A stretch of 64,000 nt of DNA from Trichosphaerium sp. ATCC 40318. Its lineage: Eukaryota; Protista; Tubulinea. The DNA lies in contig JALMLS010000505.1 of assembly GCA_038496445.1 (NCBI GenBank), positions 1 to 64,000 on the forward strand. The letters run 5' to 3'. This document shows, piece after piece, positions 54,411 to 64,000 of this stretch. The notes below the pieces were generated by a model. The model searched no databases. It saw only the letters and a program-made list of their open reading frames with translations, and was not told the DNA's origin. How positions within the stretch are numbered: the stretch's first letter is position 1; each line of letters begins with the position of its first letter. The position numbers were made by a program, and so were the translations under genes.

Positions 54411-54626
54411 TTTTGAATCTCGAACTACCTCATCAGGAAGCCTGCAGGGAGGAAGTACGAGATTTTTTTGCAATGACAGGTGATTTTTTTTCTCAATTTG
54501 CTTTGGTTGACTTTTTTGAATTCTTTGCTTCCAAACCAAGCTCAAAAAAAAAACAAAATGAATCTTGGTACGATGGTTGTTTAGAATGGTTTTTTTTATT
54601 ACAAAGGAACACCTTACAGGTACTTC

Positions 54627-55538
54627 TTAAGCTTTGATCTGTAAAGAAAGTTCATAAGTAAAGAGAACAATAAAACAAGCGAAAACAACGAATGAAAAAG
54701 GGTAGTAGCGAAAACCACAAAAAAAAAAGTTGTCACGTACTTCAAGAACCTTGACGGTGTAACGCATTTTGTAACGTTTGAGTTGTGTAGCACACCATTG
54801 TTCCATGGCCTTAACACGGGCTTTACCTTCAGCGTTAAGAGGACCTGCAGAAAAAAAAATTAGTTTTTTGCTTGTTCGATGAATTTTTACTCTCACGCTA
54901 CTCTAACGGCGTATGGGAGCGCTATTGAAGTAAAATAAAAAGTTTTCGTGAGAGTTTTTTCCGTTCTTGCGTGTAAAGCGCTTCACTCACCTTCAGACAT
55001 AACAAAAACTACACCGTAGTCACCGTAGGTGACAGCAAGATCAGGGGATTGAGCAACACCATCTACGAGTGTGGCCCAAGCTTCACGACGTCTGGTTTGC
55101 CAGTAAGGCTTTAACAAAATATCGTGAGAAGTGTAAAAAGTGTAACCTAATGGTCGTCAGTGAGTTATAGCGAAGATAATTCAAATTGAGTGTTAATCGC
55201 AAATAATTTATGTTTTTTAGTATGCCATAGCGCTGTAGTGTCGAAAATAATGATTTGGTTGAATAGTTGAGCGCAAATGAGAAAAAAGACAAAACTTGCG
55301 CGAAGGAAGTCTTTTTGTTTTATAAGCTCCCTGGCGCGTAGCGGCATCATCTAATCAACAATCGATAAATCGCACCTCCACGGCTGTATCTGTAAAGCAC
55401 TTCAGCTACCTTTTGGGAGCATTTGTTGAGTCTTTCGTAACTCTTTTCAGTTGACCAGGTGGCGCCCTCGAGCAAGATGTTTCTGCAAGAGCCGAATGTA
55501 GCTGGTGGTACGGATTGTGTTTGGGTTACAACAGACAT
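54627..55538 (-). CDS. Small hypothetical protein
   Basis: Spliceable exons MSVVTQTQ..KCSQK|MMPLRA..|YWQTRRREAW..|GPLNAEG..IKA*. No family recognised. Confidence 0.45.
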
Positions 55539-55623
55539 GGTAAAACGATACGGTCTTTAGAATAAGATTGCGATACAAATTTTAGCGACTTAATTCTATT
55601 TTACAAAACCTTAAGCCATTTTT

Positions 55624-58280
55624 CTAACACGGCTCTACCTCCATTGATGACTCATCTTGCGGGTACATACGCGAGACAAAGCTGTTTGAGATGTATTTAC
55701 CGTTGGAAAAGGTCGTAAAGTAAGCGCCAAGCTGAATTATGTTAGTATAACGTATTTCGTTTCACGCAGTACCCCTTTATGTTGCACAGGCTCGTGGCTT
55801 ATCGGCCCCATACTGCTTTGAGGGATGTATGCCCAATCTTCATCAGTAATGTTGTTTTCACCCAAAAGTACGAGGTAACTTAGCGAGTTAGCAGGTTAAC
55901 CTTAAAAAAAAACAGAACAAGCGCGTACAATGGTTGATCTTGTTCTGTGTGCGGCTCTTCAGGCCACATTGACTCCCAAGAAGCATCATAAGATGCGCTG
56001 TACCCATAAACTACCATGGGAAATCCTATTCGTACTTTAGTGTACAGCGTTACTACCCAGTCTCCACGTACCCCAATGAGCGTGTAGGACAACAGTACCC
56101 AAACGGTACTTTATTGCACTTGGTGTTTCTCTTTTTATGCCTCTGAGTCGCAAAATGGTTGTTATCACTTTCTCGGTCAAGCCATTTTGATTTCCCGCTC
56201 CTACATGACACCTTGAGAACCAAACACAATTTTTCGGCCACGTACGCCTCAAAAACTCAATCTTAGCATCCACTGTATCCCACATCCCTCTTGCGTGTGC
56301 TATACGCATTCTACCAAGTACTTCATGTACTCTAGCTTGTCTGCGAGCTGATACAATATCTTGATGATCGTATAGATAAAGAAGTGTCATCGGATTTTCG
56401 CATACACCAAAGAGATTGTTTAGTATTCGTGAGTATACCTTTTCATAGAGCCACGTGTTAGAGCAAGGTATTATTGAGTATTAAGACAAGACTAGCATAC
56501 CTCTTTGTTTGAAACAAGTGGAAATAGGTCCATGTCTTGTGGGAGTTGGTATAGGTAGTTTTGCATAAAATATTGCTTTGGTCTTATCGTAAATTTATCG
56601 AAAACATCGATATAAACACTTTGCGACTTCGAATGCCATTGTTAGTAAGACAGAAATATAAATAACAAAAAAAGTTAAGTTTTCAGTCACGTGTTGTAAC
56701 ACGGGTTCTATTTTTAATTGTAATGCAAGTGCACGTACTACTACATTATTTTCGTCTGTACACTGAAATTGTGTGATAAAGTGATAAGGCATGCCAATCT
56801 AGAACGATAGCAATGAGTAAAAAAAAACCATGTTATTTTATTGTACCATCTGTATATTAAGATTTAGTCTCCTGCAGACTGCCTTATAAACCACAGCTAT
56901 GGTTATAGGTATACCCACTTTATTCTCAAGTACTTTGTTAATACAACTATTATCAGGGTGATAGTAATCTGCTGGTTTCTCAAACATTTTACCAAGTAAG
57001 TTATTTACCTACAAAATAAGTACCTATTAGATTACCGGCTTTAATCCATAGTGCTTAAAGAAAGGGAACTGTTCTTATTAAAGAAAAGTATAGGACGCAC
57101 TTTTTTAAGCTTTTCTAAGGGGTTTTTAATTGCATCAAGATTTACGTGTGTATTGATGCCATCTGCAAGGATATCTAACTGATCTTGAATACTCTTAATA
57201 GAGATCTCTGGGTATCTAATCGCAAGTATATTTTAGAACAGAGTGCATAGGTATGGATAGCTTAGGCACACGTACATTTCCCGAGCAAGTATTATTGCAC
57301 CAAATTCGATATCCTGAGTGGTACCGCGTTAGAAATAAAAGGCACAACTGTCTCGGTTTTTTTTTCAAATTCAATAAAGAAGACTTGGTTCTCACCCCTG
57401 AACAGTTGCTCCACATTTTCAAAGCGTCAACATGTGATATATAGTTTAGTGCCTTTCCTGCCCAATGTCCCATTGATAGACACTATGGAGGTTAAGAAAA
57501 AACCTGCTTTTTTTTTGAAGTTCAAAAAAAGGTACTTTGACAGTTCGTCCTTCGTTTGTGGCTTTTAAAAAGTCAATTGTATCATTGCTATCGCGTTGAT
57601 TAGTTTAAACACGTTACTGAAAGCATACCCTAGCGCAGCTAACTGCTTGAAACCTTGTTCGCGTGTACACGGGTGAAAACATAATTTGAGTATGTCTTGC
57701 GCTTTACTGTCCTGTTTATAGCGCTTTGCATATATTTTAAACCAGTCTTGATTACCTAGATCACGAATATCAATAAAATGATTAAATTAATCATTCGTGC
57801 CAGTAGGAGGCCAGTTATTCCCATATCGCCATGTTTTTAAGCATATATTTTGAAAGAGGGCAGTGTCACCTTGTACATGTTATTAGATAGTTTCCAATGG
57901 CTTACTCGCGCGTACGAGAATACTTATACCACGTTTTGCACACTTGCCCACAATTTACAATAGTAACGGGCGGGAGATTTGTAAAGCATGTAACTACTAC
58001 GTCTCGTATATGAGTCATGTCGTAATAGCAACGTTAAAGTGGTAACTATTGCACTAGCGAAAGTGTCAAGTTCGCCTGTCCTTAATGATTCCGTTCTTTG
58101 CAAAGTTTCGTTTTGTACAAGTCCACTGTGAGAATACTATTGCTTGAAATGAAACAAGAGAAAGGTAATCTAACTGGTTTAGAAGTGAGACGGCTATTCA
58201 GCAATAATAGCATACAAGAAATGGATATTTATTTTCTCTCCTCAACTTTCTTGGTACGTTGTTGATGCCTACTGGTCATT
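55624..58280 (-). CDS. FBXO21-like protein (F-box + SirB1/transglutaminase-like + YccV-like domain)
   Basis: VNCGQVCKTW (F-box tail), DYYHPDNSCINKVLENKVGIPITIAVVYKAVCRR (SirB1-like), KYRLGTVVLH..VVYGY..QPLY..AYIPQ (YccV-like). The start is uncertain. Confidence 0.72.
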
Positions 58281-58796
58281 GTAAAAGAGTTCAATTTGAT
58301 GAGTTTTAATCTATATGTAAACATGTGATACATGGATCGTATGTCATTGGAAATAACTATTTCTGGCCACATGTTTAAATGCGAGCCTTAGATATGAACA
58401 CACGTCTTGTTTTGGAATGGAAAGTGGATACCTCAATTGATTTTGTAGTAAGTCAGACATGTCAAATACCGTAACAGTAAACTCACGAGAATTCTACAAC
58501 CAGCTTTGGGCGGTAACTCTATGTTCGTAGTTTAGCTTTTCTTATACTATGCTTCTTGTATTATGTTCAATATTGAAGGATCCATTGATGCAAAAGTCAC
58601 GTTTAATATTGTACTTGGCTCTCCATGTTTAAGTGTTGCATTATCAAATGTCGCGCTCCTATTTAGAGTATTAATACGCTTTTAATTAAACATACAAATC
58701 TAAACATACGATTGTTTCGGTGTTGAAAGCTGAAAGCCTCAGTGCAATTCAAAAAATTTCATCGTATTTGTACGAAATATTATTGAACCTCATTCA

Positions 58797-59699
58797 ATGA
58801 AGTCTGAACGCTTTCTTACCATTTATATTTATATTTTCCAATCGTTGAAAGAACAGGATGCTACGTAAATTTGACTCTTTAGACGCTTGGACTAAAATGC
58901 CTGAAGAAAGAAAAATAGCATGCTACAAACTTGACTGGGAATCTGAAGACATACTGTACGCCGTTGTTGCAGCTAGAGTTACATGAGTAAACGTTTAGCC
59001 GCTTTGGAACGTTTGATTTATGTGTTGGAGCTCCTCAACGCATTAAACAGCTGTTTACAGCCGGTAAACACGGCAGCAGCGCAGAATACTCTTTTTTATC
59101 AAATTACTGCGAGGATGAACCTATTACTATCGAAAATATGCCTTGGCGTAGTACAGAGCATTGGTACCAAGTACGAGAAGTTTTAACCCTCGTACGTTGA
59201 CTAACGGGCACAAAAAGGCAAATAAGCTCGAAAAAGGTTCTCCAGAGTACACCTCAGTACGTACAGCAGTATCAGCTGACTTGGCGAGAGCAAGAGCTAG
59301 AAAATTTGAAAAAAATCACGTGCAACAATGGGAACCATACAAAGTACGAAAAAAAAGTGAAATTTCTGTTGTTAGCAGTACTCATTTACACAGACTGCTG
59401 TAGGTGATGAAGGTCGGCCTTTGGCATAAATTTGCCGGTAGTGATTCTCCTAAGGTTTATAGAGAGAAGTTACTTGCAACAGGTACAGTGTTATCATTCA
59501 AATTTTTTGTATTAAAAAACAAGGTGATACTGTTTTGATTGAAGGAAACCGCCGAAGCAACTCTGGAAGTGGTGATAATAAGTGGGGTGCTATATTCAAC
59601 GAAGAGTATACATTTGCATCCGGTTTCAATATCCTTGGGATACTACTTATGGAACTAAGGCAACATATAAGAGATAAACAAGAACATTGCAAATTCTAA
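58797..59699 (+). CDS. NADAR (YbiA-like) N-glycosidase / ADP-ribosyl hydrolase
   Basis: Spliced FLSNY..WRSTEHWYQANK..VMKVGLWHKF..KLLATGDTVLIEG..DNKWG..GFNILGILLMELR. Not evident in the ORF track because of introns. Confidence 0.85.
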
Positions 59700-59879
59700 A
59701 GTCGAAGGACAACACTGGCGTATGCATGATTAGTTATGACCAATTACTGAACAATTCTCACGCGCTCAGTATCCTGTCATATATCTACAAATTGTAAGGT
59801 TTCGAAAGAGTGCAGTGATATTAACTTAGTTCTTTTTGTACAAATTGTTTATTTAATTTTAACTTTTTTTTACTACAAT

Positions 59880-61824
59880 TCAACAAACTTCTGTGTGAAG
59901 TCCATCTGGTTTTGAAACCAAGTATGCTGTTAAATCTACTCCTAAAGATTTAAGCTGAGATAGAAATTCAATATCTCTCTTAGCAGCTTCATCTGCTGCC
60001 TGATTAATATGCTTAAGTGTTTCAGCATGTTTTTCTTCCTAATTTATTGATGTGAATACAATAGTGAAGTAACGTGCAAAACTAAGCGTACCTCGAGTGC
60101 AATTTCCAGTTTGGCTAGTTTTATTTTATGTTCAGCTTCTGCAGTTTGTAACTTATTTTCTGTTTTGGCACGCGCTTGTTCGTGATCAAGCTTAGTAAAA
60201 AATGTTAGAAAAAGCAAGAATAAAATAAGAAAAAGAATTTGAAGCCTATTGAGCTTTCACTGTATTTAACAGTTCTTGTCACTGGTTGCGAAAAATATCT
60301 TAAAAAGTATCACTTCGTGTATTTACATACCTTAGAATCAAGAAGCTGTTGCTTCTGTTTATCTTTATCGCCTTCAAGAAGAAGTAAAGCACGTTTTTTT
60401 ATACCTTCATCGACCATTTGTTGCAACGCTTTGCCTGCTTGATATCCTTTAAATACTACTTTATCTACACTACACCCAATGTCTTTTGCCATCTCAAGAG
60501 TATCTTTGTATGTACCAATATCGTTAAGAGACTCTGTCATGCCCTTAAATTTATTGAACTCAACTTTTGCAACAGCTTGAATAATATCTGAAGCTATAGC
60601 ATTTGAAAGGTCGGAAATTGGGTCACCGGATGCGTCTATCATTTGTAATACATCTAAAGCAACTGAATAAGTATCGAACAAAAAGACAGTTGTGTTTACT
60701 ACCAGTAAAACAGTTATTTCGTCAAAAAGAATCGTACCGTTGATGTGGAAAAAAACACGCAAGTTTACGTTAAGTAATGCATCATCTGCAGTTCTTACGT
60801 ACTCAACGTCGACATCCATATTGTCTGGGGTCGTTTGTAGCTTCTTAAAGGATATTCTTTAAAGGAAGTTAGATGCTAGCCTTGGAAGAGAAAATGTGAG
60901 TTACTTACTCATTCCATATAAAGTCATGCATCCACGAATTAGGCGGTGGAATGTAGAACATGGGACCGGTAATTATCTTTCTTTTTACCTTTTTAGAGGT
61001 ACTCTGGCAGTATACCACAAGGCACTAAAGTCAAATTTAGCCGATCAAACTTACAACAGGTCAAGGGTAGTTCCAAAACCAAGTTTTCTTTTTACCTCGT
61101 TCTGATCAATTGTTGTTTTATTCTTGGTAAGAATATGCTTATGTTCTGATGGGTTGAACCATACATCACAAGGACCTGATTTAACATCTTTTTTACCATC
61201 AAGATACTCGATAGAAACAAATTGCTCCGGTGTAGCGGTCAGTCGCGGCTAGAAAATAGAAGTCAAAAAAAAAACGTGTGCGCTGCTTTTTTTGCTTCAA
61301 AAAGTACTTACCAATAAAACGTATTCTGACTTGTACAATGACACTCTCTTAGGACCTGTCACAATAGAGAAACTACCTATTAAACAACGTGAATAGGTAT
61401 TTTGCTAACTAGTCATTGATGAAGCTAAAAAAAGCGTTCAAAAGGCTCTACTTTTGTTCAACGTGTACTGACTGGACGAACTAAAAGAACCAGCTTGCAA
61501 CTTAATTTCGCGCATTCCGTACCTTCCGAGTCCCATACACCAATTTTGGTGTTTTGATCAACTTTAATTGTGCTCCAACCCACGTAAGTTCGTGTAGGAG
61601 TACTGTAATGTGATTGGAGTACGTCTTGGGTGGATGCTCGGTGTGTTGTAGTGCGTTTCTATACGTAAAGTTCATCAAAAACGTTGGTTTCGTATTAAGG
61701 GCATGTATTAACGTACCTGCCAATGCGCAACGGCTTTAGCTGACTTGTTTGCGAATTGCTTTTTAACAGGCGTTCCCAAGCGCACCTCGCTTCTAGGGCA
61801 CAACAGCTCTACTTGTTGACTCAT
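59880..61824 (-). CDS. SPFH/band-7 protein with N-terminal major-vault-protein-like repeats and a C-terminal coiled coil
   Basis: Three beta repeats ending in VTGP, KSGP and ITGP; VRTADDALLNVNLRVFF; helical SPFH part; coiled coil; LKSLGVDLTAYL tail. Confidence 0.65.
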
Positions 61825-62228
61825 TACCGGTCTTCGGTTCCTCCTAGCCCTGTGCGTCAAGTTTCGGCTCATGTTGTTGCTACAGCGTTTATTGGTGACG
61901 TAGTTTTATTAGTCTTAATCGTCAAACGTTTTATTTAGCTGAAGTAGCAATGGTTAGTTAAAAGGAATTCTGTGAAGAGTAAACCGAATATTTGTCAACG
62001 TAGTACCGTACGACCTTTTTTTTTACAAGCGTGGAGGCTAACAGCGTAATACTTTTGACAAAAACTGTCTTACAAATGGTGACAGTACAAGTGACTGTGG
62101 CAAGTGACTTTAAGTTACTGAGTCTAACTACAAATGCAATACCACGTGACAACAGTGTGGGTAACAGTTTCTAATCTCCTTGATTGTTTAGAGCTTACGT
62201 AATATCTAGAATTTCCTTTGTTTCGTTC

Positions 62229-64000
62229 TTACTTTAGGCTACTCGTGCTTAAGATTGATCTGACATTCCTTGCCAATCGACTGAACAAAGATAAGTATTT
62301 AAAACAACGTTCTAACTTTTAATACATACCGCTGACGCGCTGATTTTAATGTTGCAAACTTTGCCCAGTTCCATGCATAGTGAGGTTCTACCAATGATAG
62401 TACTTGAGGATAATAAGACAATATACCATTTCCTCCAAGTCGTGATATATCCTCACGAGAAAGAGAATACCTAAAGATTTTGGTTAATAAAACAAGACAT
62501 TTCTCTTAAGAATTCTTGTAATTCGTGATTATTATCTGGATATCTTAATTCGTGTACCATTTCTCGGGGTTAGAAATATTAAAGTTATCCCTAACTTGTA
62601 ACAAAAAGTTTCTACGGTTATTATCTTTTAGCCAATAATTCTTTTCAGTAAATCCCCATTCATGAGATGGATAAAGTGCTTGAAGTAGTTCTTGCACACT
62701 ACCACCATACCTAATACTATGTAAGATTTTGCTAGTGGGTAGTTGATGTAGTTTTGTTACTCTCAATGTCTCGGAAAAAGACTCGTGACAGGTTGATAGA
62801 CAAGTTTGTTTGTTGTTGATTTTGGCGTACATTTTTAAGAGACTACTGCCTCCATACTGACGTATGGTTGTTGCCTGCACGTTTCTTAAAGAGTCAACAT
62901 CCTTAACACGTATTGAAGCAGAAATAGATTCAAGCGCTTTTAATCTATTAAATCGAGAGTCCCAGTATGTGTGATTGACATGTCTAGTAATTAATTAAGG
63001 TTTAAACAAGGCATAGTGCGTCATTTGATGAGTTTAACGACAATGATAGCGTAAATGTTACTTACGCAAAATCATGTGTACTCCAGTTGTGATTGGGATA
63101 CAAGGTCAGCAATGTATCGATAATAGAATTATTGTATCTGTAACTATGATTTAACAGAATGAAGTAAAGATTTTTGTAACAGTACATTCGTGTTAAACGT
63201 CTGCCACCATGACGAATAGTATCTTTATGCATTATCTGATACCAATCATCTAATTCCTTAACACCCAATTTCTCTGCAATACTATCAAGGAACGTCCTTT
63301 GTGTGTCGAGTTCGCTCCAAAACGCTTGTACAACATTGCTATTTATAAAAATGAACACCAACTCATTACACAGCGACAACCAACCACAGGTGTGGCTTTT
63401 TTCTGCAAATTCAAAAATCATTTTGTGCGCACGTGAATTTAGCAGATGACCATTTGTGTTGTGGGAATACTGCCTTCAGACATTCTTGAAGTGAGTTATT
63501 GTACCTACACCAAAGAGTGTTAACAACCTTTTGATAAATAATCTTATCATACCCGCGTAATAGACCACCTATATCAGAGTTGATGGCTTGTGTTGTGGTG
63601 ACTTCGTACCAACCATCCAAATGTCGCACTTTTAGTCTTTTAGCTAAATCTTCAATACAAGCGCGATGGTTTGTAATTTTAGCCCAGTGTGAGCGAGGGG
63701 CGTGGCTATTGATAGATTTAATATGACAGGTTGTCAAAGGTAATATTATAAGTGCCTGAAACGTAGAGGATGCCATTTAAACTTTGGAAACACTGCTTTT
63801 AAGCATTTTGATATAGAATTTCCGTATCTAACTCTATGAGTACTGGCGATAATGTTTTGAGTAATCTTGTACCGGTGTAGCACTCTACGGGCATTATTTT
63901 CGAATAAATCCTTTGATGTTACACTGTACCAGCCCTGAAGGTCCTTTACGCCTAAATCACGCGCCACAGAGTTCAAAGAGGTTCTTTGTTCCAAAATTAA
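62229..64000 (-). CDS. Trp-rich ~70-aa repeat protein (partial; 5' end outside the window)
   Basis: At least 5 repeats with consensus W....R.FL..lA..L.V.....WY.VT......GG..LL..Y..S....L...yP...W. Confidence 0.7.

Overview
Gene-dense, AT-rich (roughly 35% GC by eye) eukaryotic nuclear DNA with many short spliceosomal introns (mostly 40-60 nt, donors often GTACGT/GTAAGT), most consistent with a protist such as an amoebozoan (inference). The ORF track fragments almost every gene, so I spliced the models by hand and boundaries are approximate. The first ~15 kb is accessory: a decayed MULE transposase, repeat relics, and a gene (4932-10685) in which 20 ankyrin repeats are each encoded by their own exactly 99-bp exon. 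Those exons are separated by near-identical phase-1 introns, vary mainly at the DARPin-type binding-surface positions in a mosaic pattern, and are fused to an H-Y-E PARP-like ADP-ribosyltransferase domain and a coiled coil. This is a candidate diversifying immune-type sensor-effector and the top finding. The rest holds about 22 genes: two F-box/MORN-variant paralogues, a nucleotide-sugar transporter, DHX33, a PhyH dioxygenase, a Rab32-like GTPase, a CIA30-domain protein, an ependymin-like secreted protein carrying a Twisted-gastrulation-like 14-Cys domain, two atypical Q>R non-prenylated Rabs, an ANK-DHHC palmitoyltransferase, a Romo1/Mgr2-like protein with a large insert, GATA-PHD, chromo-LRR, zf-PARP-SAP, PA-7TM, a TRAFAC GTPase, an FBXO21-like protein, NADAR, an MVP/SPFH-like protein and a Trp-rich repeat protein. 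All family assignments come from motif recognition, not database searches.
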